54,793 nt of DNA from an uncultured bacterium (GCA_963980215.1 CAXBYZ010000004.1:1-54793); one strand, 5' to 3'; positions 29,740-39,177 are shown, counted from the stretch's first letter. Numbers and translations: made by a program. Notes: a model not told the origin generated them from the letters alone.

Positions 29740-30738
29740 CTAAATTAAGTGTTTGGGTGGGGTTTTGTTGAAGTGGGCAAAAGCTTGTTTGGTAGCAACC
29801 CTGCCTTTGGAGGTGCGTTTTAAGAAACCGATTTGAAGCAAGTAGGGCTCGATAACCTCTTCGAGGGTATCTTTTTCTTCGGCGATGGTGGCGGCTAGAG
29901 TGTCTAAGCCGACTGGTCCGCCCTGATGTTTGTTAATCAAGGCTTTTAACAATCTCTGATCGTTGGCGTCAAGTCCCATGGCGTCAACTTCTAAAAGCTT
30001 CAAGGACTCGTTTAAAACAGATTCAGTAATAGCTGACTCCCCTTTTATTTGAGCCATGTCTCGACATCGTTTTAAGAGTTTTAGGGCGATTCTGGGTGTG
30101 CCTCGGGAACGAAGAGCTAGTTTTTTGGCAACGGATCCATCAATAGTAATTTTGATTTTGGTGGCGGCGTTTTTGATGATTTGAACTAAGTTATCTGGAT
30201 TGTAAAAAGTAAAACGGTGAGTGATGCCAAAACGATCTCTTAAGGGGGCGGCAATTAAGCCAATTCTGGTGGTGGCTCCGACTAGGGTAAATTTAGGAAG
30301 CTCCAGCTGAAGAGTTCTAGCTGATGGTCCTTGGCCGACGACAATGTCTAAACGATAGTCTTCCATAGCTGGGTAGAGAGTTTCCTCAACCACTTTGCTG
30401 AGCCGATGAATTTCGTCAACGAAAAAAATATCACCGTCGTTTAGGTTGGTAAGGATCGAGGCCAAGTCCCCGGCTCTCTCGATAGCCGGACCACTAGAGG
30501 TTCTGATGTTAACTTTCATCTCTTTGGCAATGATGTGAGCCAGGGTGGTCTTGCCTAGTCCAGGAGGGCCATAAAGCAAGATGTGTTCTGAAGCTTCTTT
30601 TCTTTTTTTTGCGGCTGATAAGGCAACGGTGAGAGCTTTTTTGATAGTAGATTGACCGATGAACTCATCCCAAGAGTCAGCTCTTAAATTTTTAAAAGTT
30701 TTTTCTGGTAATGACGATGGTTTTTTTGGTGAAGTCAT
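29740..30738 (-). CDS. ruvB: Holliday junction helicase RuvB
   Basis: 'GPPGLGKTTLA', 'DEIHRL', 'PLRDRFG', 'EPYL'. Confidence 0.98.
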   Translation of the reverse strand: MTSPKKPSSLPEKTFKNLRADSWDEFIGQSTIKKALTVALSAAKKRKEASEHILLYGPPGLGKTTLAHIIAKEMKVNIRTSSGPAIERAGDLASILTNLNDGDIFFVDEIHRLSKVVEETLYPAMEDYRLDIVVGQGPSARTLQLELPKFTLVGATTRIGLIAAPLRDRFGITHRFTFYNPDNLVQIIKNAATKIKITIDGSVAKKLALRSRGTPRIALKLLKRCRDMAQIKGESAITESVLNESLKLLEVDAMGLDANDQRLLKALINKHQGGPVGLDTLAATIAEEKDTLEEVIEPYLLQIGFLKRTSKGRVATKQAFAHFNKTPPKHLI

Positions 30739-31307
30739 TTTTGACCTAAATACTTGATAGCTTTTTTGATTTTATCTTCAATTTTGTCTTCCGGATTAGT
30801 AGATTGATTAAGGGCTTGATGCGCTTGGTGTTTGCTAAAACCAAGGCTGATTAGAGCTTGGATGGTTTCTGATGTTTCTGATGATTCGCCGAGGAGATCT
30901 AGATCATTTAAATCCCCTAGTTTGGGTTTGAGTTCGATGATGATTTTTTGAGCGTTCTTTTTACCCAGTCGCTTAACGCTGGTAAAGAAGTCAACATCGG
31001 CTTTGGAAACAGCAGTGGTAATGGCTGGTACCCCTTTATCGATTAAAGTAATGGCGGTTTTGGGGCCAATGCCGGAAATGTTAATTAGGAGTTTAAATAG
31101 GTAAAGATCTTCTTTGGAGGCAAAGCCATAAAGGTCAAGGGCGTCTTCTTTGACGTGGGTGTGAATGAAGAGGGTGGTGATTTTTTCTTTGATGATTTTT
31201 TGCTGAAGAGATGGAGGGGTAAATACTAGGTAGCCGACACCATTGACATCAATAATAATTGAGTCTTGGTCAAATGTTTTTGGTTTACCTGTTAGTTGGG
31301 CGATCAT
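30735..31307 (-). CDS. ruvA: Holliday junction protein RuvA
   Basis: 'MIAQLTG', 'VNGVGY', 'ISGIGPK', 'ALISLGF'. Confidence 0.96.
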   Translation of the reverse strand: MIAQLTGKPKTFDQDSIIIDVNGVGYLVFTPPSLQQKIIKEKITTLFIHTHVKEDALDLYGFASKEDLYLFKLLINISGIGPKTAITLIDKGVPAITTAVSKADVDFFTSVKRLGKKNAQKIIIELKPKLGDLNDLDLLGESSETSETIQALISLGFSKHQAHQALNQSTNPEDKIEDKIKKAIKYLGQK

Positions 31308-31319
31308 ATATTGTAGATA

Positions 31320-31823
31320 TTATACCTTAAGGTTCGGAACCAAGTGACCTTTCATTTTGTGAGTGAAGGCGTGAGTGAGGGCGACGGCGAGGGCGTCGGC
31401 GGTGTCGTCTGGTTTAGGGATGGTGGTTAATTTTAAGATAGTTTTTGTCATTTGTTGGACTTGGTTTTTGTCGGCCCGACCATAGCCAGTGACGGCCATT
31501 TTTATTTGGAGAGGTGAGTAGGAAAAACAAGCAAGCTGATTAATCTCTCCAGCTAGTAAGATGACTCCCCTAGCTTGACCGACTTTGATAATGGTGGTTT
31601 GATTTTTGAAAAAGAAGAGATCTTCGACAGCCAAGGCGTCTGGTTTGGTGGTTTTGATAATTTTATTAAAGCTATCAAAGAGGTCTTTAAGACGAGCAGA
31701 GTCTGACTTACCCGGTTTGGTTTCTAAACAACCGTAGTTCCCGACTGTTTGGTTGCCAGATTGATCGTTAATAATTCCCCAGCCAAGACGGGCACTGCCT
31801 GGATCGACGCCTAAAATTTTCAT
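31320..31823 (-). CDS. ruvC: crossover junction endonuclease RuvC
   Basis: 'ILGVDPG', 'AVE', 'DDTADALAVA'. Confidence 0.96.
   Translation of the reverse strand: MKILGVDPGSARLGWGIINDQSGNQTVGNYGCLETKPGKSDSARLKDLFDSFNKIIKTTKPDALAVEDLFFFKNQTTIIKVGQARGVILLAGEINQLACFSYSPLQIKMAVTGYGRADKNQVQQMTKTILKLTTIPKPDDTADALAVALTHAFTHKMKGHLVPNLKV
31329..31341. repeat. family-I singlet forming the RuvC C-terminal tail (LVPNLKV*)
   Basis: AAGGTTCGGAACC. Confidence 0.75.
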
Positions 31824-31843
31824 AGTTGTATTATAATACCTTT

Positions 31844-34075
31844 ATGGATAAAACTTATAAAGCATCAGATCATGAGGGGAAGATTTACCAGAAATGGGAG
31901 GAGTCGGGGGCGTTTGCACCTAGTGTAAACGGGAAACCATTTACAATTATTATGCCGCCGCCGAATGCTAATGACCCGCTTCATGTGGGACATGCCATGT
32001 TTATCTCAGTTGAGGATATCTTTATTCGATATAAGAGAATGCAAGGGTTTAGCACTTTGTGGTTGCCGGGAACAGACCACGCTGGGATAGAAACACAGTT
32101 TGTTTTTGAGAAGAAATTAAAAAAACAGGATAAAAGTCGATTTGACTATGACAGGGAGACTTTGTATCAAATGATTTGGGATTATGTGCAAGAAAACTCT
32201 GAGGTGGCAATTAATCAAATGAAGAAGCTTGGAGCTAGTGCTGACTGGAAGAGGAAGAAGTTTTCCTTGGATAAAGATGTTGTTGAGAAAGTTCTTGATA
32301 CTTTTATTCAGTTACATAAAGATGGGCTTATTTACAGGGACAACAAACTGGTTAATTTCTGTACTAGGTGTGGGACTGCATTTTCTAACTTGGAAGTTGT
32401 TCATACTGAGAAGAAATCTCCACTTTACTACATGAAGTATGGGCCATTTGTGTTAGCAACAACAAGGCCAGAAACTAAGTTTGGTGATACGGCAGTAGCC
32501 GTTCACCCCAAAGATAAGAGATATGCTAAATGGATTGGTAAGGAGATAGAAGTTGAGGGGTTGCTGGGTAAATTTATGATAAAAGTAGTGGCGGATGAGT
32601 ATGTGGATCCTAAGTTTGGAACTGGAGTGGTGAAGATAACTCCGGCACATGACTTTAATGACTTTGAAGTGGGTAAGAGACATAAGTTGGAAGTTAAGCA
32701 GGTGATTGGTTTTGATGGAAGATTAAATAAACACTGTGGAGAGTATGCTGGCTTAACGGTGTTTTCGGCCAGAGAAAAAGTGGTAGAGGGTTTGGAGAAA
32801 AAAGGTTTGATGGAAAAAATTGACAAAGATTATGTTCACTCCGTGGGGAGTTGTTATCGATGTGGGCGAGCAATTGAACCTCTTCCCTTACCTCAGTTTT
32901 TTATTAAAGTGAAGAATTTAACCAAGACCGTGCTTAAAGCTTTGAAAGAAAAAAAGGTGAAAGTTTATGGTTCGGGACATGAGAAAATATTAAAACACTG
33001 GCTAGAAAACTTAAATGATTGGAATATTAGTCGACAGATAGTTTGGGGGATTCGAATTCCGGTGTGGTACTGCAAGAAGATTGAAGGTTCCGAACTAGCC
33101 CAATCAAAGATTGGGTTGGCTAAAGCCAGAAGTTCGGAACCCTGTTATGTTGTTAGTAAAGATAAGCCAAACAAATGTAGTAAGTGTGGTTCAACAACGT
33201 TTGCACGGGATGAGGATACTTTTGACACATGGTTTTCTTCTGCACAGTGGCCGGTGGTGACTTTAAAAACAGGCAAAAAATCTGATTTTGAGAAGTTTTA
33301 TCCAACAGATTTGATGGAGACTGGATATGATATTCTTCCCTTCTGGGTGATGAGAATGTTGATGATGGGATTGTACTCAACTGGAAGAGTACCTTTTAAA
33401 AGTGTTTATCTTCATGGAATGGTGAGAGATGGTAGAGGACAAAAGATGAGTAAGAGTAAGGGTAATGTTATTAATCCGGTGGAGATTGTGGATAAGTATG
33501 GGGCCGATGCTCTAAGAATGGCCTTAGTGATGAGTAGTACGGCTGGAAATGATAAGTCTGTGGGGGATGAGACAATTAGAGGAATGAGAAATTTAACTAA
33601 TAAGATTTGGAATGCGGCGAGGTTTGTGATGGAGTTTTTGCCGGAGACGGCTAATAATCAAGGTTCCGAAGAACCTTTTTCGGGTTCGAGTACGAACTCG
33701 AGTCCTCAAAGGTCTGGCCTTAAAGGAGTACCTTCAAGAACAGACCTTAGTCAACAAAGTTCGAAACCATCTAGTTTTGAAGGAGATAAAGAGTTTGAGG
33801 AAGAGATTTCCAAGATTGTAAATGAGGTGACCAAACAGCTTGAAGACTACAAGTTGGGGTTGGCGGCGGAAACGGTGTATAACCAGTTTTGGCATTGGTT
33901 TTGTGATGAGTCCATCGAGTCGGCTAAAGAAGGTAAAGTTAGCTACCCTGTTTTGATGAATGGATTAAAGACATTTTTGAAACTTCTTCATCCTTTTGTA
34001 CCATTTGTAACAGAAGCAGTTTGGCAAGAACTTGGTGAAGAACAATTATTGATTACAAGTAAATGGCCTATTTAA
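31844..34075 (+). CDS. valS: valine--tRNA ligase (no C-terminal coiled coil; two element-derived insertions)
   Basis: 'PPPN', 'HVGH', 'GTDHAGI', 'WNISRQ', 'DTWFSS', 'KMSKS'; likely start MDKTY at 31844. Confidence 0.96.
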   Translation: MDKTYKASDHEGKIYQKWEESGAFAPSVNGKPFTIIMPPPNANDPLHVGHAMFISVEDIFIRYKRMQGFSTLWLPGTDHAGIETQFVFEKKLKKQDKSRFDYDRETLYQMIWDYVQENSEVAINQMKKLGASADWKRKKFSLDKDVVEKVLDTFIQLHKDGLIYRDNKLVNFCTRCGTAFSNLEVVHTEKKSPLYYMKYGPFVLATTRPETKFGDTAVAVHPKDKRYAKWIGKEIEVEGLLGKFMIKVVADEYVDPKFGTGVVKITPAHDFNDFEVGKRHKLEVKQVIGFDGRLNKHCGEYAGLTVFSAREKVVEGLEKKGLMEKIDKDYVHSVGSCYRCGRAIEPLPLPQFFIKVKNLTKTVLKALKEKKVKVYGSGHEKILKHWLENLNDWNISRQIVWGIRIPVWYCKKIEGSELAQSKIGLAKARSSEPCYVVSKDKPNKCSKCGSTTFARDEDTFDTWFSSAQWPVVTLKTGKKSDFEKFYPTDLMETGYDILPFWVMRMLMMGLYSTGRVPFKSVYLHGMVRDGRGQKMSKSKGNVINPVEIVDKYGADALRMALVMSSTAGNDKSVGDETIRGMRNLTNKIWNAARFVMEFLPETANNQGSEEPFSGSSTNSSPQRSGLKGVPSRTDLSQQSSKPSSFEGDKEFEEEISKIVNEVTKQLEDYKLGLAAETVYNQFWHWFCDESIESAKEGKVSYPVLMNGLKTFLKLLHPFVPFVTEAVWQELGEEQLLITSKWPI
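33084..33141 (+). repeat. family-I doublet with two inner hairpins inside valS
   Basis: AAGGTTCCGAAC-ta-GCCCAATC.aaa.GATTGGGT-TGGCT.aa.AGCCA-ga-AGTTCGGAACC. Confidence 0.93.
33660..33768 (+). repeat. nested element in valS: degenerate family-I arms enclosing a family-II composite (33680-33748)
   Basis: AAGGTTCCGAA...TCGGGTTCG-agta-CGAACTCGA...AAGGTCTGGCCTTAAAGGAGTACCTTCAAGAACAGACCTT...AAGTTCGAAACC. Confidence 0.92.
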
Positions 34076-34602
34076 AAGCGTTAAGTAAGAGCTTGTATAG
34101 ACCAATAAAACCGGTGGTGAGTCCCCTGCTAAAAAAAATTACTTTAACTAAGGTTTTTAGTTTGTTGGTGTTAATTGGGGCTGGGGGCTTGTTGGTTAAT
34201 GGCTTTTCAATTAAAGCTCAAGAGAGAGCTTCAAGGTGGCCTTGGTCAAGCAAGTCTCATAGTCAGATGGCTTTGGCTTGGTTTGAAGCGGGAGATGAAG
34301 ATATGGCTCTTAATGAGTTGGAGGTGGCAAATAAGCTATTAATTGTAAAAACAAGAAGGGCAAAAAATAGCTTAAAGGAAGCAAATGATAAAGTTATGGA
34401 ACCGGAGAAAATCCGGGAAGAGATTGTGGATTGGGAGAAAATTCTTGGTGAGATGCCTTCCTTTAAGGATGTGTTTTTGCGATTAGCAGTATTGAATTAT
34501 CAGCTTTACAACGAAACTCAAGCTAGGGATTATTTTGAGAAAGCGGAGTATTTGGATCCAAATAATGAAGAAATTTTAGAAATCAAAAAAATTATTTTTT
34601 AG
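34063..34602 (+). CDS. membrane-anchored TPR protein
   Basis: TM segment, then 'VFLRLAVLNYQL...ARDYFEKAEYLDPNN'. Confidence 0.72.
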   Translation: MAYLKALSKSLYRPIKPVVSPLLKKITLTKVFSLLVLIGAGGLLVNGFSIKAQERASRWPWSSKSHSQMALAWFEAGDEDMALNELEVANKLLIVKTRRAKNSLKEANDKVMEPEKIREEIVDWEKILGEMPSFKDVFLRLAVLNYQLYNETQARDYFEKAEYLDPNNEEILEIKKIIF

Positions 34603-35308
34603 GCTCTTCTTTGGCTGGTTTGGTTTCTTCTTTTTTGTCGTCTGCCTTTTCCTCTGGTTTGACTTCTTCTTTAGTTTCCCCTTCTTTGACTTCAGCTTCT
34701 TCACCCTCAGCAACCTCTTCTTCGACTGGTTTAACCTCTTCCTCTTTGGCTGGTTCTTCAATCTTGACTAGCAAAGCTTCAAGGTCTTCTGAGACTAGTT
34801 TAACTTTTGAGCCAACCTTGATTTCTTTTAGGGAAATGCTTTGACCAATTTCTTCTAAACCAGTAATGTCTACTTCGAACTTATCTGGTAGATCAGAGGG
34901 TAGAGCCTCAACTTCAATTTCTTCGGTAAGCTGAAGAAGAATTCCACCTTTGTTGGTAGCTGGGGCCTCCCCTATTAATTCAACCGGAACGTTGACTGAA
35001 ATAGCTTGAGTGAGGTCAACTTGTCTAAAATCTACGTGGAGATATTCATCGGTAACTGGGTGAAGTTGAGGGTTTTTAACAAGAACTGGTCTTGGTTTGG
35101 CTTCTTTTTCGATGGTGAGGTCTACTATTGAGGTTTCTCCAGCTTTTTCAAGAACTTTGTTAAAGTCTTTGGCATTAATCTTGATAGATTGAGACTTAAC
35201 GCCCTTGCCGTATACGTTTGCTGGAATAAGACCGTCTTTGCGAAGGTTCTTGACCTTGCTACCAGTAATTATTCTTTTTGATGCCTGTAGTGTAATTTTG
35301 TCTGCCAT
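34592..35308 (-). CDS. rplY: 50S ribosomal protein L25/Ctc
   Basis: 'LRKDGLIPANVYG', 'HPVT..YLHVDF', acidic tail. Confidence 0.95.
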   Translation of the reverse strand: MADKITLQASKRIITGSKVKNLRKDGLIPANVYGKGVKSQSIKINAKDFNKVLEKAGETSIVDLTIEKEAKPRPVLVKNPQLHPVTDEYLHVDFRQVDLTQAISVNVPVELIGEAPATNKGGILLQLTEEIEVEALPSDLPDKFEVDITGLEEIGQSISLKEIKVGSKVKLVSEDLEALLVKIEEPAKEEEVKPVEEEVAEGEEAEVKEGETKEEVKPEEKADDKKEETKPAKEEPKK

Positions 35309-35327
35309 AACTTGTGAATAATATCAC

Positions 35328-38300
35328 TTACCTCTCAACAAAGTCAATGGTAAAGATGTTGTCAGTAGTCATATCTGATCTAAAAGTAACAACTTGGGGT
35401 GAAGATAAGGCTTGAGGGTTAACGGCGGCAACAGTTAAAAAACTGGGGTAGTTAACGATGGTTTCGATGGTGTCGTTGATAATACCTGGTTGTTTTGGGA
35501 TTACGATAGCTAGTCTGCCTTGACTATTTTTGAGAGACAAGGCTTTGGGCAAACGATAAGTGATCTCTACATCTAAAGTATTTTTGACTGGAACTGTAAC
35601 TGGAAAGCCAATAGTGGTTTTTTGGTTTTGAATCTTAAGATCAATGTCTTTGTTTATATTTAGTTTTGAGTCCCCTATTTTTACAGAAATTAATTTAGAG
35701 TTTTGAGGAATGTAGTCGCGAAGATAGGTTCTATAGATACCACCTGGCCAAGCGTCGGCTGGACTTTGGTTGTCATAGGTAATAGTGGTGACAGCTAAGA
35801 TTTCTTTGTTTTTTAAAATAGTTAGTTGTTGCTGAATGTTCCTTTTGAGAAAGTAGTTGGCTTTGTTAATGCCAAGATTGGCTTCGACTAAGTAGGTGTA
35901 GTCGGTGGTGACTGGACGGTTGTCTGCTGGAGTTAGGTAAGGATCAAAAATCGTTCCGGCCCAGTTTTGCTCTAGAAGAATTTTTTGGCTGGGTTCATCA
36001 TGAAGATAAACAAGAAGTTGCTTTTGGGCCAAACCAGTTTCGAAGCTTTGAGCAAACCTTAAAACGTCTGAGGCTGAAGAGTTTTTGAGTTTATTAAAGA
36101 TTTCTCTGGATAAGGCTCCCAAGAAATCTTTTTTTTGAGTGGATCCTGGAAAAAAATCTATCTCGGAGCGATACTCGGCTCTTTCAAATAAGTTGTCTGC
36201 TGTGATTTCTTCGTTGTAGTCGGTAAGTTGAATTGGACCAGTGGCTTTTAGAAGTTCTTTGACAGCGGGTAAGTTAACGGCAATTACACCATCTACATTT
36301 CTTCCGGTAGTTTTGTTTAGAAACCACTCTGCTCTTTGAGCGGAGACAGTGAAGTCTGGATCCCAGTTACTATCCCTGAAAAACCAGGTGTTTTGACCTA
36401 AAAATTCTTTGATCGGAGCCGGAGGCTCGACAAAACCTTTTAGCTGGCCATCGGCGCTGTAGATATCTTCAACGCTAAAGTCTAGGAGCTTTCCTTTTTC
36501 AAAAGTGAGAAGGCCATATGAACCGATGAAGCCTCCAGTTGGCCTGATCTCTGAAGAATTTTGGAAGAGAAGAAGGTAGGTTTTTTTGGTGTCACTGGCT
36601 ATTATTGATGGAACTAGGGGTAAAACTTTTCTAACTTGATCAATTTTTTGTCTTGCTAAAGGGAGTTCTTTTGTAAGAGTAATAAATTTTTGTGACATGT
36701 CAGTGGTGATGTCTAGCTCTAGTTGTTTGCCACTTTGAAGCTCTGATTCAACAAAAGAAAGTTCTTGATAACCTTGATCTAGATATACTTGAATTCTTTT
36801 TAATGCTTCTGTGATGTTCCCCTCTTGGTGGTGGAAAATTATCCCGGTTAAGAGTGTACCTGACTCCCCCGCTTTGGCTAAGTGAAGAGCTCCCTGACTA
36901 AGTTTGTCACCGATGTAGATTAGTCTATCTAGGTTGTCTGCGATTTCTTTTAAACCAATTAACCTAGCGGTTAAGTGTGAGCGGCGGAGAAGTTTTCGAC
37001 TGGTTGAAAAGCTAGTTGAAGCTTTGCTGGCTAGCTTGGTAAGCTGATCAATTTGATCTAAGTTAGTAATTTGACTGGCTTTTTTTAGTGAGTTAACTCC
37101 TTGGTAGGCAAAAGCTCCCATTAGAATTGGTGGGGTGAGGATGGAAAAAATTAAGCCTAAAACTAGAACAGTTATGATTTTGGATTTTTGGGTAAATTTT
37201 TTTATGTTTAGTTTTAGAGATATCTTGGGTATGGTTATTTTTTTTAAATTTGGGGTGCTTGGTTTAGGAAGTCGAAGAAGTTTTTTAGTTTTTAGTTTTT
37301 TTGGTTCTAGGGTCTGGTTTGGTTTGTTTAGCTTTAGAGGTTTTGATGGAGTTATTCCAAGATCTTGGGCGGTGTATGTCCTCTCCTCTGATGGTTCAAG
37401 CTCTTTTGGGGTGTTTTTCTTTTTTTGATCAATTTTTTCCCCTCTTAACCAGTCAATGGTGTTTTGAATTCCCTCCTTTAAGTGGGTTTTTGGTTCCCAG
37501 CCAAGACTTGATTGAGACTTTATGGCTTTGTCTGAAATGGTTGGAGAGATGACTTCACCCTCCTCCCCAGTAAATTCAATTTTTAAGTTGTCATTGTTTT
37601 CTAGTTCTTTGATGGCGTAGGAAAAATTTAGAGAGGTGGTTTTTTCTGGATTAATTAGGGTGTAGATGTTGTTGATGGAACTTTGGGAGAACATGGCTTT
37701 GGTGAGACCATAAATTACGTCTGAGATATAGGTGGGATAAAGCTGAGTTAAGCCTTGGCCGTGAATTTTTAAGCTATTCCCCTGCTTTAAATCTAGAAAT
37801 AATTTGGCGATGTCGTTGCCGGCTTCAAGATCCATTCTTGGCCCGTAGACATTTCCAAGCCTAACAATGCGAGCGTCGACATTGTGGCGATTGACGTATT
37901 CAAAAGTCAGAGCTTCTGAGAATCTTTTGGCTTCGTGGTGGGAGTAGGATTCTTCTTGTTTGTGACTTTCCCCAAAGTATTTATTAATGCTGGTGGAGGA
38001 GAGAAAACCTTGAAAAATATCCGTGGTAGAAGCGAGTAGGTATTTTGAGTTTTGAGTTTTGGCAATTTCTAGCAATTCTTTGGTTCCAAGTGAGTTAACC
38101 AAGAGGGTTTCAAGACTAACATCTAGGCCATTAATGTAGCTTTCTACTCCGGCTAGATGAAAAATGTAGTCTACTTTTGGAACAGGGGATTTGAAGGGCT
38201 TATTTAGATCGTGCTCTATAAAAATGAAGTTGTCTTTTTTTAGAAGCTCTTTGATGTTTTCTTTTTTACCCGTAGTCCAGTTGTCAACAGCCACGACCTT

Positions 38301-38429
38301 ACAGTTTTGATGAATTAAACTTTCACAAAGATGAGAGCCAATGAAACCTGCGGCTCCTGCAACCAGCGCAGTTGGAAGATGAGGTGAAGAGTGAGCTTGA
38401 TGATGGCTGGCGGTTGAAGTGGCAGGCAT
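35328..38429 (-). CDS. NAD-dependent epimerase/dehydratase domain fused via a TM helix to a DUF4012 domain
   Basis: 'GAAGFIGSHL', 'RLGNVYGP'; 'LLLFQNSSEIRPTGGFIG', 'RDSNWDPDF', 'NKAN'. Confidence 0.82.
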   Translation of the reverse strand: MPATSTASHHQAHSSPHLPTALVAGAAGFIGSHLCESLIHQNCKVVAVDNWTTGKKENIKELLKKDNFIFIEHDLNKPFKSPVPKVDYIFHLAGVESYINGLDVSLETLLVNSLGTKELLEIAKTQNSKYLLASTTDIFQGFLSSTSINKYFGESHKQEESYSHHEAKRFSEALTFEYVNRHNVDARIVRLGNVYGPRMDLEAGNDIAKLFLDLKQGNSLKIHGQGLTQLYPTYISDVIYGLTKAMFSQSSINNIYTLINPEKTTSLNFSYAIKELENNDNLKIEFTGEEGEVISPTISDKAIKSQSSLGWEPKTHLKEGIQNTIDWLRGEKIDQKKKNTPKELEPSEERTYTAQDLGITPSKPLKLNKPNQTLEPKKLKTKKLLRLPKPSTPNLKKITIPKISLKLNIKKFTQKSKIITVLVLGLIFSILTPPILMGAFAYQGVNSLKKASQITNLDQIDQLTKLASKASTSFSTSRKLLRRSHLTARLIGLKEIADNLDRLIYIGDKLSQGALHLAKAGESGTLLTGIIFHHQEGNITEALKRIQVYLDQGYQELSFVESELQSGKQLELDITTDMSQKFITLTKELPLARQKIDQVRKVLPLVPSIIASDTKKTYLLLFQNSSEIRPTGGFIGSYGLLTFEKGKLLDFSVEDIYSADGQLKGFVEPPAPIKEFLGQNTWFFRDSNWDPDFTVSAQRAEWFLNKTTGRNVDGVIAVNLPAVKELLKATGPIQLTDYNEEITADNLFERAEYRSEIDFFPGSTQKKDFLGALSREIFNKLKNSSASDVLRFAQSFETGLAQKQLLVYLHDEPSQKILLEQNWAGTIFDPYLTPADNRPVTTDYTYLVEANLGINKANYFLKRNIQQQLTILKNKEILAVTTITYDNQSPADAWPGGIYRTYLRDYIPQNSKLISVKIGDSKLNINKDIDLKIQNQKTTIGFPVTVPVKNTLDVEITYRLPKALSLKNSQGRLAIVIPKQPGIINDTIETIVNYPSFLTVAAVNPQALSSPQVVTFRSDMTTDNIFTIDFVER

Positions 38430-38686
38430 AAATTCTATTTATTCATGTTAACTGATAATCGCCCCAAGAGCAAGGTTTGATCTGCGGGAAATAGCGGGAA
38501 TTATTGGCAAAGATAAACACCCTAGAGTGTGTGTAAAAATCAATATAAACTTGACTCATAGTTGGTCATTACATTTTTTTTGTTTGCTTTTCTTGAGTAG
38601 TTAATTTTTTGTCTTACTCTGTTAGTCTGTCTTTATTTCGTGCTTACTCTTTTATGTGAAGTCTTCTTGATAAGAATTATTAGCAC

Positions 38687-38712
38687 AAAAAAAGCTCCTT
38701 TACGGAACTTTG
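38687..38712 (-). terminator. intrinsic terminator after the rpmH...rnhA operon
   Basis: Minus strand AAAGTTCC-gtaaa-GGAGCTTT-TTTT. Confidence 0.65.
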
Positions 38713-38751
38713 TTAACCTATAGCTCAAGTATTTGAGTTTAATTTAGATGT

Positions 38752-39177
38752 TTATTTGGAGGCGTTGTCTAGGGCTTGGTTTAGGAGAGTGTCTGGTTCG
38801 GCGTTTTTCTCACGGGGAATCGCGGTGTAGCTAGTAGCAAGAGACAGCTCACCTTCAAGTTGGCGAATTTTAATTATTAGGGTTCTTAGGTTTGAGTCTT
38901 TTACTTTCCAGAGTCCGTTTAGTTGGTTGGCCACTAAAGCAGAGTCTACAAAAAAATTGCAGTTTTGAGTATTTTTAATTTTTTCTTTATTTTGGGTCAA
39001 CCACTCTAAAGCCGAGATAACTGCACTATACTCAGCCACGTTATTCGTAGCCTTGCCAATAGTGCGACCAAGTTGGTAAATAATTTCTTGAGAGTCATTT
39101 TTGATAACCACCCCAATAGCTGCTGGCCCTGGATTTCCTCGTGAGCCCCCGTCGGTGTTGATGGTAAGGTTACTCAT
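38752..39177 (-). CDS. rnhA: ribonuclease HI family protein
   Basis: 'TDGGSRGNPGPA', 'TNNVAEY', 'DSALV', 'PREKN'. Confidence 0.9.
   Translation of the reverse strand: MSNLTINTDGGSRGNPGPAAIGVVIKNDSQEIIYQLGRTIGKATNNVAEYSAVISALEWLTQNKEKIKNTQNCNFFVDSALVANQLNGLWKVKDSNLRTLIIKIRQLEGELSLATSYTAIPREKNAEPDTLLNQALDNASK

Noticed and set aside
33900-34075. valS truncation as a pseudogene
   Set aside because: All catalytic motifs are intact and it ends at 'WP' after the anticodon domain; ValRS forms lacking the coiled coil are known.
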